Shown here: positions 48,998 to 59,606 of the stretch, piece by piece
How the letters are laid out: the number at the start of each line of letters is the position of its first letter
Numbering within the stretch: the stretch's first letter is position 1
Virus record (IMG/VR): IMGVR_UViG_3300020578_000043
Location: 1-64,000 of that record
Origin: a virus
Length of the DNA stretch: 64,000 nucleotides
Direction: 5' to 3' (one strand)
Program-made: the position numbers and the translations under genes
The notes under the pieces: model-generated
Told to the model about the DNA's origin: nothing
The model's input: the letters and a program-made list of their open reading frames with translations, nothing else
Database searches by the model: none

Positions 48998-51496
48998 TTA
49001 AAAATCGTACTTGACCTTGAACATGATCTTTTCAGAATGTCGCTTCATGATTGGTTGGGCTAATTGGGTCTTCATGATGACGTTTAAGTTATCATCATGG
49101 AAATTTATTCCTGTTACATACACGAAGTTAGGATCAGGATCATTTGGTTTCGTTGAAGCAGGTAATGATCTATACGTAGGATTTGAAGATGAATTTAGGT
49201 GATTGACAGGAGCCACGGCTTCAACTCTTAGAACGTGAAGATTTTGCTCACCCTTGAACGACATCTCATATTGATGCTGTCCAAAGAAGTACAGATGAGG
49301 ACTCTTTATTGCAATGATTCCTTCGTTGTAGAATATCGTTCCAACTGAATTCCACGTCGATGCAGGAGAATCAGAGTCAGCCCTGTATAACGTTCCGTTG
49401 CCGTCATCCTTGATCGTCATCTTTACTACTCCACCAGATCCAGACAAAGATGAATCAGACATGACGAAGCTACGCGGAAGAATCCTCAACCCATAATACA
49501 TGTTGCTGATGTCAAAGAACGTCACCTGATTTGAAGATGAGTCTTGCGTCCTTTGATATATCGCAAGAGGAGCGTTTTCTTGTAATCCTTGGCTGAAATT
49601 GCCATCCGCTATTGCCTTATTGATGGAATTTCTATAATTTGAATATGCCGGCCCGACAGGAGCAGCAGGAGACTCAGGAGTGAAACCTATGCTTTGGTTT
49701 GCAAAAAAGTTCGCTTGATCTTGCGTCTTGTTAACGTCATCAAAAGTCGTCTTAAACAGCAATGATGACGTTGATAGCATGTCATTCAAACTTATGAATC
49801 CTATCGTAGGACTTCCTAAATCATCAACGTACAGGTTTTGTAGCGGTTCAAACTTCAACAAATCATAGTTGGGATAAAAGTTTCCATCATCGCATGGCAA
49901 TATTGTAAGATTTCTCTTTCTAACGAACGGTTGATTATACAGAAAGTCATTCGCCGATTGAGCTGTCGTCGTGATGTCTATTGCTACACCAGTCAGGTGG
50001 TGTTGTCGAGGATCGTGACCTGATGCAAAATCTTTTAAAAAGTTTTCTGTGTTTATGTAGTGGCCACCGACTCCAAAAGATAGAGCAACGTTGAATGGAT
50101 CTGCTGTCGTTCCGTCGATCTCTAAGAATGGAGTCTGTAAGATTCCACCATGGTCTCCAACAAATCTACGAATTGAAGAAGACTCTATAAAGAAAGGAGG
50201 AACATAGAAACAAACCCCTGTGTCGTTACCAACGAAAGATATTCCAGTTGAACTTGACGCCGATATATCAACGTCAGTCATGTAATATTGTTTGATTGCG
50301 ACGTCATGCAGCTCTGCCTGAAGAGGATGCCTAAATTTGTATACGTCTGGATCATTTATCGACGTGGCATTCTTTAGAGTTATCAGACCATCACGAGTAG
50401 CTGGGTCTGTTGCGAAGAACATCTTTAGCTCGTTGTTTCCAGAGTTGCTACCTTCGTAATAATTGCCTAGGCACAGTACATCAGGATTAGTAGGAGACAT
50501 TCCAGTATCAGGATATACCAGCGGAGCGACTGTTCCTGAGTATATCAAGAACGTTCCTCGGTCAGCTCCGTTTATGTTGAATGAACCCGTTCCATGATTG
50601 ACGAGACTGGTACCCCACCGAACTACAACGTGGTGCCACTTGTTCCACTCTAAAGAATTGTCGTCAGATAAGAACACTAAGTTCTTTGGATAAGCTCCGT
50701 ATGAAGCCAGCGATGGAGAGATGTCTGCGCTGTGACTCAGTTGCAGTTGAAGCCTAAACGCTGCAGGGCGGCCGTTCTCATCCTTTAAAGAACCGCTAAC
50801 TAGAGACAGAGCATAACTTGAAGATAGGTGGAATATAGTTCCTGCAGCAAAGTGTCCAGATGAGTCAAGCTGTTTGTATCGAGGGTTGATGTAAAAATCA
50901 AAACTGAACGCTCCGCTGAGTGCGTACCTTCCAAAAGAATATCCTTCATGTAGGACATCATTATCATCATTTGGATACAACAACACCGAAGACGTAGGAA
51001 CTGTAGAAGAAGAGAAGAAATTCAAACAATTATAGTTTGAATATGCCCAGTGTGATGACGGATACGCGGTTCTATAATACTCAGAAAGGTTATCCTTAAT
51101 GATAAGTTTTCTTACGGTATTTGAAGTAAAGTTGAAAGAAGGCGTGAACCTGATGATGTCAAGCACCTTTTGCTTTTTTGCAGATACGCTTTGGGCATTG
51201 ACTGCTTTCAAATAGTCATTCAACTGATTAAAAATCGTACCATCTGACTGTGAGTTGTTGTTCTTGCTTTTTGCGATGTTCTTTATGTTATCTAAGGTCG
51301 CGGCAAGATCAGAGTCGTTGTGAGTTGCCTCAACGAATGATGACAGAGGCGTCATCTCTTTCTCTATATCAGATCTTCTTGCAAAAACATAGACAGAACC
51401 CGTGACTCCGCTTGAGCTTGAAGAATAGTGTCTCGACGGATTTGTCGCGATTGTCACGCTCTGAAAATCAGTTGAGTTTACCTTGTAGATGGACAT
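48998..51496 (-). CDS. Virion structural protein with LamG-like domain (baseplate/tail associated)
   Basis: FSFDFYINP, WHHVVVRW; C-terminal NSSSNPTY...YVTGINFHDDNLNVIMKTQLAQPI.K is paralogous to the adjacent gene. Confidence 0.6.
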   Translation of the reverse strand: MSIYKVNSTDFQSVTIATNPSRHYSSSSSGVTGSVYVFARRSDIEKEMTPLSSFVEATHNDSDLAATLDNIKNIAKSKNNNSQSDGTIFNQLNDYLKAVNAQSVSAKKQKVLDIIRFTPSFNFTSNTVRKLIIKDNLSEYYRTAYPSSHWAYSNYNCLNFFSSSTVPTSSVLLYPNDDNDVLHEGYSFGRYALSGAFSFDFYINPRYKQLDSSGHFAAGTIFHLSSSYALSLVSGSLKDENGRPAAFRLQLQLSHSADISPSLASYGAYPKNLVFLSDDNSLEWNKWHHVVVRWGTSLVNHGTGSFNINGADRGTFLIYSGTVAPLVYPDTGMSPTNPDVLCLGNYYEGSNSGNNELKMFFATDPATRDGLITLKNATSINDPDVYKFRHPLQAELHDVAIKQYYMTDVDISASSSTGISFVGNDTGVCFYVPPFFIESSSIRRFVGDHGGILQTPFLEIDGTTADPFNVALSFGVGGHYINTENFLKDFASGHDPRQHHLTGVAIDITTTAQSANDFLYNQPFVRKRNLTILPCDDGNFYPNYDLLKFEPLQNLYVDDLGSPTIGFISLNDMLSTSSLLFKTTFDDVNKTQDQANFFANQSIGFTPESPAAPVGPAYSNYRNSINKAIADGNFSQGLQENAPLAIYQRTQDSSSNQVTFFDISNMYYGLRILPRSFVMSDSSLSGSGGVVKMTIKDDGNGTLYRADSDSPASTWNSVGTIFYNEGIIAIKSPHLYFFGQHQYEMSFKGEQNLHVLRVEAVAPVNHLNSSSNPTYRSLPASTKPNDPDPNFVYVTGINFHDDNLNVIMKTQLAQPIMKRHSEKIMFKVKYDF

Positions 51497-51590
51497 CTAA
51501 TTCTCAAGTAATTATACAACATTACAAATATGATGACATCGACCACACTCTAAAACAAGCATAGTCGATGAAATCGATTCCTTGAGACCG

Positions 51591-52814
51591 TCAGAAGTCC
51601 AATCTAACCCTGAATGTCAAGTCTCTTTCAGGACTCTTTTCAACTGGTCTGCTTAACTTTGCGACGGCCAACAAGTTATCGTTTGCGTCGTAAAGGCCGA
51701 CTGACGTTACGAATGTAAACGTTTGTTGCACGTCTTCTTGTCCTGAATCAATCACAACGATCCTGTTGTTTGAATCCGTGAATGTCGGATTTGATGAGTA
51801 ATTGAACTCATCAGCTGAAGCTCTACAGAATATCAACGTGCTATTGATATTCGTCGTGTTCTGGAATGCTATGGCCGTCTGCGATCCTGAGCTAAAACGA
51901 GTTGAGCAGATGTTGTCAAGGATGTTGTCAATTGAAGCAGAAACCATGAAGTCAGGTATGAACTTTGACGTCTTTGCTGATTCTGTGCCTGTGGCACCTA
52001 AAACAGTTAACCCAGTCGGAGTCATTGCATCGATGACCCCTGACACGAACTGGCTTGCTGAAGTTATCTTTTCTAGATCCAGGATCGCAATCCCTCTGTC
52101 ATAGAACAGAAGACCGACTGTGCGACTAGTGTCGGATGCATCAACTATGTTACCAAGCTGGCCTCCGAATTCGGTTAGCTTCGTTGTTGACGCACCGATG
52201 TCAGTATAGATCGAAACACCTGTCTCTGAAGTCCTGTATAGGTTAGGTATCTGTTGTGCTGGCGTCGGAGCTGCAAGCGTTGGATCTTGAATTGACGCAG
52301 ATTGGTAGAATCTTAATGCAAAAGACTCACGCTTGATTTGATCTCTTGCAAATAATCTCTTAAATGCAACGAAGAAAGCTGCATCAATCTTATCATTTTC
52401 GGTCACTGATCCATACGGGGCGTTGAATTGAGAATCAGCATCGCCTAATAACATTTGCGCGAACTGTCTGTAGTTGTCCATCTTCTCTCTCATCATCAAC
52501 GATGATGAAGGAAAAATCTCTTTGCCGACTGAATCTACTGATGAAAGTGAAGATGAAACGACGTCAGAATTCTGAAACAATCCGACGGTACAATCGAATA
52601 TTGGATTAGCGGTCTGAAGAGTAAAATCTTGATCATACACTGTCTGGAACAGAGAAGACGTTATTCCAGGTCCTATACCACCCGTGACGAATACCTGATA
52701 CTTTCGCCTTGACGTTGACCCGCTGATGTCTTCTTGTATAACATCAATCAGCTGACTCAAGAAAGAACGAGCGGTTTTTATGTCTGATGGTTCTAGGTTC
52801 TTAAACGTTGCCAT
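51591..52814 (-). CDS. Virion structural protein (baseplate wedge / tail-collar-like C-terminus)
   Basis: FCRA...EFNYSSNPTF, FVTSVGLYD....LLAVAKLSRPVEK. Confidence 0.65.
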   Translation of the reverse strand: MATFKNLEPSDIKTARSFLSQLIDVIQEDISGSTSRRKYQVFVTGGIGPGITSSLFQTVYDQDFTLQTANPIFDCTVGLFQNSDVVSSSLSSVDSVGKEIFPSSSLMMREKMDNYRQFAQMLLGDADSQFNAPYGSVTENDKIDAAFFVAFKRLFARDQIKRESFALRFYQSASIQDPTLAAPTPAQQIPNLYRTSETGVSIYTDIGASTTKLTEFGGQLGNIVDASDTSRTVGLLFYDRGIAILDLEKITSASQFVSGVIDAMTPTGLTVLGATGTESAKTSKFIPDFMVSASIDNILDNICSTRFSSGSQTAIAFQNTTNINSTLIFCRASADEFNYSSNPTFTDSNNRIVVIDSGQEDVQQTFTFVTSVGLYDANDNLLAVAKLSRPVEKSPERDLTFRVRLDF

Positions 52815-52821
52815 GTAGATT

Positions 52822-53541
52822 TCACTTCTTGATGTTAATTGCTATGTCCTTGACTGCGCCAGATTGCATTCCAGTGACTCTAACGTAGGTCTTGATAGTA
52901 TCTTTTGAAGTGCCTGTTCCATATACATCGAACACAGTCTGTGTCAAAGACTTTGCGTTAATTATAAAGCTTAGAGATGATCCTAACGTGCTTGTCGTAC
53001 CTGACTTTGTCAATGTATAATATGCTCTTTGTTGATTGTCAATGTTATTGGGAGTCTTGCTCGCATTGTCAACAACTAAGAATAGATTAGGAACGTCCAC
53101 TAGGAAAGTCTGATCTCTTAGCTCAACGTCTATCGACGTTTCATTCAGCAACGTCTGTTCGAATCGTAGAGTTGCAGAAGTCTGTCGGCCGGTTCCTGTT
53201 GTCGTGTAGATCGTCACTGTTTCGTTAGATGTCGTGGAATCTCCAGTAAAATTGAAACTCGGCAATCTGATTAGGCTGGGGTTTGAAACGCTGATTAACT
53301 TAAATTTTTGAGAATGAGCCTGATTTGTCAGCGCTTCGAAGATGGGAGTGTTTTTCTCAATCTTCTCTCTACCTACAGACCTACCATACTTTATGATTAT
53401 GTTGTAGTTCACTTCGTCATCGCCGAGAGCGAACTTAAACAGAGTAAAATCTCCGTTGTTTCTAGATAAAAACTGCCGGCCGGTATCTGTCAATACCGCA
53501 TCTAGGATTATGTTGTTGGTGCTGTGGTCTAAAAATCCCAT
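52822..53541 (-). CDS. Virion structural protein (baseplate-associated)
   Basis: MGFLD....ILDAVLTDTGRQFL...KFALGDDEVNY...PIFEA. Confidence 0.65.
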   Translation of the reverse strand: MGFLDHSTNNIILDAVLTDTGRQFLSRNNGDFTLFKFALGDDEVNYNIIIKYGRSVGREKIEKNTPIFEALTNQAHSQKFKLISVSNPSLIRLPSFNFTGDSTTSNETVTIYTTTGTGRQTSATLRFEQTLLNETSIDVELRDQTFLVDVPNLFLVVDNASKTPNNIDNQQRAYYTLTKSGTTSTLGSSLSFIINAKSLTQTVFDVYGTGTSKDTIKTYVRVTGMQSGAVKDIAINIKK

Positions 53542-53590
53542 AATATCTCGACTAAAAAATCTTACATGTAACTATTGACCAAGTAAATTT

Positions 53591-55483
53591 TTAAGGTTGA
53601 CTTTTTAAGCTAAAGTTGTTGGAGGACACTTTTTGAACTGGTTTTTTGGAGCGAAGATCTGAGATTGAAATCTCAAGTTGTGAGCTTAACTGATTTTCTA
53701 TATTGATAAAATTGATCTTATACTTCGAACCTTTATTCGAAGAGTTTATCACGTTCGTTGTTTGACCTTCACCGTTAATCACGTCATAACAGTCAGGAGT
53801 CATGTACACGTGTAGAGTCATCTTATCAGACGTCTTGATCGAGTCAATAAATAAATCGTTTTGTATGTATAAGTTAGGATATTGTTTAGGGGCTCCAGCC
53901 ACGGAAACAAGAGTTTTCTTTAGTTGGTTCTTACTAGAATCAAAACTAACCATGAATTGCTCTGAATAATTTGAGGTTAATCCGTGAGCGTCGATCGTCG
54001 CAACTGCATAGATGTATTCTGAAGTTTTATAAAAATCATCGTCAAAATAGCTAGACTCTATCTTTTGCTTCTCTATTAGTTTTTCGTTCATTGAGTCTTC
54101 TAAGTCAGGAAACACTAGCTGCGCATCATTAAAATCATACACTTTTATGAGTTCAAATGGATCTGATACCTTCGATCTTCTGAACACTTGAAACTTTTTT
54201 ATGTCCATTTGAGAGTTGACTGGGAATGACCAATAGATCATCAGCGATCCTCTCATTCCTGTGTTCGGATACGGCCTGTTACTGATAGGATCAAACGTTG
54301 CTGTTGAGGGATTAACCCTGTCATAATCCCAAACAAAGTGAAGTCCTGTAGGAGGAGGAGGAGCAACGTTTTCAGTCGTCTCAACCAATGTCGTCACTGG
54401 TTTTGAGCTTATCAACGAACTTATCAAAGACGTGTTTCCTGTCGCGTTATCGACAGCAGGAATCGTAACATCCATGATCGTTCTAACTTTGTAAACGTAC
54501 ACTGTTCCGTATCTTACGTTTGAATCCAACAATGCAGTAGAACCGGGATTTTCTATGATTATAGGATCAAATGCTCGCTGAGTTCCATCCTCAAATAATT
54601 CATACTTTTCTACAACGTATCCTATCAACGATGACTTTGAGGGAGCTGAAATGTCGATATTTGTTGTTGATATTTTGTAATATGGTATGCTAGGTTTAAA
54701 TTCATCATCGCTTAGGTCAAAATTGTTGTTTGAACGAGAAACATTCCTTGCTGTCTTTACTGCCTTACGCAGAGCAACTTTTCTTTCGTTTAGTTCCTGA
54801 ATTGAAGCAGTCGCAGTCAGATCCAACAATAGGTTGTTGCTAACTTGAGAATATGAAGTTAGTTTCTTCATTCCTTCAAAATATGTGTTGATTCTCTTCT
54901 TTCCGCTACCACTCTTGTATATCGTACCTCTAGTGTAGTCTTGTTGGTTCAAGATGTTGGATACGACATTCATATTTGAAGACCCTATTGTCGATTTAGC
55001 CAAGAGGTAACTCGTGAAGGTCTTACCTCTCTTTACGGTAGAAGAATTTCTAGTCACCTTCAAAGACTGTTCAAAAACATCGACGGCATTTTTATCAACT
55101 TTTCCATTGTCAAACGTAAGCGACGTATAGTAGCTGGAAGAAAACTTTTCTTCATCAACTATGTTTCGTAGATTGTTTTTTATCAGATCCTTCGTCGGTT
55201 GTCCATACGGCACGGACGTTGGCCTTGTGAATCTTATTTTCACAAATCTTGGGAATTTTCTTTCAGCATAATCGAGATACTTTTCTGCTATCTCTATGCT
55301 GTTTTTACTGATGATGTTTTGAGATATGTTCATCTTTTTCAATGAATCATCAGTTAAGACGTCCTTATCTCTTAGGCTCTCGTTTGGAATGTAGTAATTG
55401 TATTGAAATTCTGATGTCAGCTCCGTTACTTCAGGTACGTCGACTGAAAAAATTACTTTTGATGGAATTGATTTAATGCCCAT
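53591..55483 (-). CDS. Large hypothetical protein with FN3-like segments, probably structural
   Basis: GYVVEK...YVYKVR, PPPPTGL, FQVFRR, YIYAVATID..G.TSNYS. Confidence 0.6.
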   Translation of the reverse strand: MGIKSIPSKVIFSVDVPEVTELTSEFQYNYYIPNESLRDKDVLTDDSLKKMNISQNIISKNSIEIAEKYLDYAERKFPRFVKIRFTRPTSVPYGQPTKDLIKNNLRNIVDEEKFSSSYYTSLTFDNGKVDKNAVDVFEQSLKVTRNSSTVKRGKTFTSYLLAKSTIGSSNMNVVSNILNQQDYTRGTIYKSGSGKKRINTYFEGMKKLTSYSQVSNNLLLDLTATASIQELNERKVALRKAVKTARNVSRSNNNFDLSDDEFKPSIPYYKISTTNIDISAPSKSSLIGYVVEKYELFEDGTQRAFDPIIIENPGSTALLDSNVRYGTVYVYKVRTIMDVTIPAVDNATGNTSLISSLISSKPVTTLVETTENVAPPPPTGLHFVWDYDRVNPSTATFDPISNRPYPNTGMRGSLMIYWSFPVNSQMDIKKFQVFRRSKVSDPFELIKVYDFNDAQLVFPDLEDSMNEKLIEKQKIESSYFDDDFYKTSEYIYAVATIDAHGLTSNYSEQFMVSFDSSKNQLKKTLVSVAGAPKQYPNLYIQNDLFIDSIKTSDKMTLHVYMTPDCYDVINGEGQTTNVINSSNKGSKYKINFINIENQLSSQLEISISDLRSKKPVQKVSSNNFSLKSQP

Positions 55484-55489
55484 ACTGAT

Positions 55490-58400
55490 CTACTTTTTGT
55501 ATACGTTTTTCACGTTGTTTTTTGCTGCAGAATTTTTTAAGCTGTTACCTAACAAAGAATTAGATTGTAATGCCTTGTTCTTATCCGCCAGACCTCTTGA
55601 TGCAGCAACAATCTCAAACTGATTTGCATGAGTCTCTATGACGACAAAGTAGTTGTCTAGAGTGACGTTTTGAGGAGACTTATCTGCGTCAACATACTCA
55701 TTAACGTTAGGTCTCTTTTGCATGATCTTTCTTTCTTGGATCAGCAGCTTCAACTTTTCAGCTCCTAGCGATGTAGCGACAGTCTTTTCATAATCAATCT
55801 CAAACTCAGGGTCGAATACGACGTTAAACACCCTGTCAAACTTCTTCGGTTGAACTAGCTTAGTTATATAAGCGGATGGGCTGAACTTGTAATAAGGTAT
55901 CGCTTTTAGCGCTCTACCTACGGGGCTACTAGATAATTGCCTGATCTGTTGACTTGCTGATTTAAAGTTTTTTAAGCTTATTCCAGCTGCAATCTCGCCA
56001 GATCCTGCAGGCTTGAAAAACGTGCTTAGGTTTTTACCCCCTGATCCCAATCCACTTAAAGACGTGTTTGAAAACTTGATGCTTCTTGAACTAGAAGTCT
56101 CGCTAGAAGATTTTGCGAATAACGTATTATAAGATTTTTGAGCTTCTTGAAAGACTACAGGATCAGGATCTAGTTTGACCAACGCTTCGATCTCTCTTGA
56201 ATCCAATGAAAACGTCAATTCGTCGAAAGACAATCCTGTGATTATCTTCATGTAGTTTTCTAAGATGTAGCTAGTAACGTGATTCTCTATTATTTCTCTC
56301 TTTTCATCGCTTGACAAAAATGAGTACTCGTTTCCAAAAGCATTACTCTTATCATCCCAATACGTAGGGTTTCCTGACTCTGTAGCCTTTCCGTTAACAA
56401 ACATTGAATAGTTTCTAGTAGAGATTGCTCTAAAAATCTTCCTATAGTCAGACTTGGTCGTGTTCTTTATATCAGAGTACACTCTGACGGGGTATCTTGA
56501 TGCCTCAAATAAGAACACCTTGGGACGATAGATTATCTCACCGTTCAGTACGTCTGTCTTATACACAGAAATTTTGAAAATATCATTGTGCTTGCTATTA
56601 TTAGAATTTAGAGAAGATTTTTTTAAGAGCTTGTCAAACATCCCCTGAGGCACTCCAACAGTCAGTATCTTCTTGTTGTAACCCTTCCTTGAAGTATACT
56701 CTTGATTGTCCTTGAACAACAATTCATAGATGTCAGTCAACTTAGGATAATAATGAATGTTCTCAGAGTAATTTGTGAACATGTTGTTCTCTTCTCCAGG
56801 CTGCTTATCATCATCGTTGAAATCGTTGAATGACTGATAAATGTCCTCGACGGTCGAGAGAGCAAGCATCAGCTGAGGTTCTCTTAAAAATAAACTAAGT
56901 TTTCTAGGATCGTTATTGAGATATCGTAACAAAGTTCCCATTGAATTAGAATTGAACTTCTTTAAGACTGCCGCGATACTTTTTACGTTTGAATTCAAAA
57001 CGTCTAATGTGTTTAAAATGCACATTAACAATTTTGCAGTTGAGGTAAGCTCTTTTTGAACGTATGAACTTATCTCATTTTTTTTCATAGTACGAGGAAC
57101 GTACTCAGTGTTGACGTACAACACTAGTTCATAATTGTGAATTCCTAAAAAGTTTAGAGACTCAGACTTATCATCATCACCATCATATTGGTCAAAGATA
57201 TGTCGAAAAGCACCGCTAGTGTCCTTTGCTTCTCCGTATCTGCTGCTAGACAGCGATTTATAATCGACTGGATAATCATCTTTTGCTATAGAAACTATTC
57301 TGTTGTCTGAGAACTGTGATATCATCTTGCACATTGATGTGAAGAACAACAGCGCAATATTGTCCAAGCTTATGCCAGAAAACACACTCTTAGTTCCTCC
57401 TTTTGCTGCATATCTTGAGTATGTTATCTTTAGCTCTTTAAAGATACCTACAAGTTCAAGCACAAAAGGATTTGACCTTAACGCCTTACTGAAGTTGACA
57501 ACATTGAAAAATTTGCAAGGAACGTACTTATAAGCAGAAGACGTATTTCCTTTAGCATTGTCATAGATGTTTGCAAGGTCTGACTTAGTATATTGAACAG
57601 TATAGCTGTTGCCGTCGACATCGCCAAAGTCTTGAGGCGATTTGTTAAAGTTTTTTTCTAACGTTTTTGACAACCAATTTGACAACGTTATCTTTTGCTG
57701 CGTGATAACGTTCTCAACATCAATGACTCTAGGGAATGATTGAGCAATGAGCCCTTTCAATGAAGCAAAAAACATTGAATCAATCTCTGTGTTGTTCGAT
57801 GATTGTGCCATGTCATCCATCAACAAGAACAAATAAGATCTTACTGTTCGACCCATTTCATTTTCTTGCGCAGCCATGGCAAACAGAGAAGAAATTCCTC
57901 TATCCATCTGCAAAAACTTCCAACCCTCGCTCGTAAAACCCAACGCCTCAGCAGAAGTAATCTTGAACGTTTTTGAAAGTCCGTTTTCATCGACCATCAT
58001 TGATAGAACATTTTCAATGAATGTGTAGGGATTTGATGAAAGAGTAGAGGGTTTTTGAGGCTCTAAATTTCCTCCTTGGTCATCGTTTGGATTCTTTATT
58101 GATACATCGAATATAGAGTCATCTGCCGGCAACAATCCAAAGTTTCCAGCAATTTCAAAAAAGTTGTTATCAAGCCTGTTCAGCGTGCTTTGTAAGAACT
58201 CTATTCTGTCTAAGTTGAGCCTTGCCCCGACTATGTTAGTGAATATGTCTTCAATGTCAAAGAAGTATTTTGATCCAACCGTTAAATCAGTAGAAATATT
58301 GCTTCTTTCTTTTTCTTCAAGAACAAGGACTGCTTTGTTTTGATTTGAAAAATCCCTAGAATAAGCTAGATCAGATAACCCTAGATTCACTGTCGTGAAA

Positions 58401-59596
58401 TCAGGCGATTTCTTATAGACGTCGTATCCGTAAACATCCATTCCAAAGATGCTGTCAAAGAAGTTTTTCGAATTTATTGCTTGGGTTCCTGGTCCTCTGA
58501 AAGACTTCAATGCCTGAGAATCTTGATCGAAGCATGTAGAATATCGTAGCTCTTTCGCCAATAGATCGAACACAACTGCAATCTTAGCTTCGTCGTTTTT
58601 TACGACTTTTAACAGCGTGTCTATTTTTGAAAAAGCATTAGTAATCGTCTTTGTTGCATCAGCGATTGATGCAACGCTGGCTACGGAGGGAAGGCCAAGA
58701 TAGTTTAGCGCGGCGGGCTGAACAACTGTTACAACGCTAATGTTATTGTCTCCTACGCTGGCTTGGAAAGCCTGCAAAGACAAACGTAGGGTCTTGTCTA
58801 TCGGCAATAGAGAAGGAGATTCATCAACGTTTTGCTTCATTATAGGCGGTAACATGTGCCTGGAATGAGACGTCATTAATCTTTTTAATTCAGTTATAGC
58901 CAACAACCAAAGCTTTGTTGAAGAATATTTTGATGATGCATTAGGAGGCAAACCCAATAAATCAGAAACAGTTGAATCTAGATTTATGTTATTCGGTAGC
59001 TTGCTGATTATAGGCGCTAGATTAGACTTTTTTGTCTTCTTTGAATCATCATCGTCGAACGATTTTTCTAAGAACTCATTTGGAGAAAAGTCATAGATCT
59101 TGTTATGCAAGTTCAAGTTGCTGCTTGCTAATGAAACAGACTTTATCAGCGCGTTGAACTCTGATAGTTTTTGTCTAATCTGGGTTATCTCAGACTTAAA
59201 CTGATCATTCTTGCTTTTTAGATAGTTTTTATCCTGTATTTCACTATACAACTTTTGTGTTGTTGCGTCTATCTGTCGCAGAGTCTCAACATAGACGTCA
59301 AGAAGCTTACCATTCTCTGTTTTGTTTCCAAACTCATCATATAAGGGACTGAACGATGATAAAGATATGATCTCCGGTCTTTCTTCTGAAACGTTTGAAA
59401 GTTCTTCAAACTCAGTTATCTTACGCTTATTTGCAATTTTTGACTTTATTGACGTATCGACTTTTGGCCTTGTTTCTGAGTCATTTGAGATAGGTGATGC
59501 AGCAACATTCTTTTCATGCACCATTTTATTAGGTTGAGACTGGACATCTCCTGATTTAAACTTAGAGCCGTTGTTTGCTTTTGGAAATTTGAACAT
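55490..59596 (-). CDS. Large hypothetical protein (1368 aa)
   Basis: Long AT-rich ORF in the structural cluster; no recognised motif. Confidence 0.75.
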   Translation of the reverse strand: MFKFPKANNGSKFKSGDVQSQPNKMVHEKNVAASPISNDSETRPKVDTSIKSKIANKRKITEFEELSNVSEERPEIISLSSFSPLYDEFGNKTENGKLLDVYVETLRQIDATTQKLYSEIQDKNYLKSKNDQFKSEITQIRQKLSEFNALIKSVSLASSNLNLHNKIYDFSPNEFLEKSFDDDDSKKTKKSNLAPIISKLPNNINLDSTVSDLLGLPPNASSKYSSTKLWLLAITELKRLMTSHSRHMLPPIMKQNVDESPSLLPIDKTLRLSLQAFQASVGDNNISVVTVVQPAALNYLGLPSVASVASIADATKTITNAFSKIDTLLKVVKNDEAKIAVVFDLLAKELRYSTCFDQDSQALKSFRGPGTQAINSKNFFDSIFGMDVYGYDVYKKSPDFTTVNLGLSDLAYSRDFSNQNKAVLVLEEKERSNISTDLTVGSKYFFDIEDIFTNIVGARLNLDRIEFLQSTLNRLDNNFFEIAGNFGLLPADDSIFDVSIKNPNDDQGGNLEPQKPSTLSSNPYTFIENVLSMMVDENGLSKTFKITSAEALGFTSEGWKFLQMDRGISSLFAMAAQENEMGRTVRSYLFLLMDDMAQSSNNTEIDSMFFASLKGLIAQSFPRVIDVENVITQQKITLSNWLSKTLEKNFNKSPQDFGDVDGNSYTVQYTKSDLANIYDNAKGNTSSAYKYVPCKFFNVVNFSKALRSNPFVLELVGIFKELKITYSRYAAKGGTKSVFSGISLDNIALLFFTSMCKMISQFSDNRIVSIAKDDYPVDYKSLSSSRYGEAKDTSGAFRHIFDQYDGDDDKSESLNFLGIHNYELVLYVNTEYVPRTMKKNEISSYVQKELTSTAKLLMCILNTLDVLNSNVKSIAAVLKKFNSNSMGTLLRYLNNDPRKLSLFLREPQLMLALSTVEDIYQSFNDFNDDDKQPGEENNMFTNYSENIHYYPKLTDIYELLFKDNQEYTSRKGYNKKILTVGVPQGMFDKLLKKSSLNSNNSKHNDIFKISVYKTDVLNGEIIYRPKVFLFEASRYPVRVYSDIKNTTKSDYRKIFRAISTRNYSMFVNGKATESGNPTYWDDKSNAFGNEYSFLSSDEKREIIENHVTSYILENYMKIITGLSFDELTFSLDSREIEALVKLDPDPVVFQEAQKSYNTLFAKSSSETSSSRSIKFSNTSLSGLGSGGKNLSTFFKPAGSGEIAAGISLKNFKSASQQIRQLSSSPVGRALKAIPYYKFSPSAYITKLVQPKKFDRVFNVVFDPEFEIDYEKTVATSLGAEKLKLLIQERKIMQKRPNVNEYVDADKSPQNVTLDNYFVVIETHANQFEIVAASRGLADKNKALQSNSLLGNSLKNSAAKNNVKNVYKK

Positions 59597-59606
59597 GTCT
59601 AAATCT

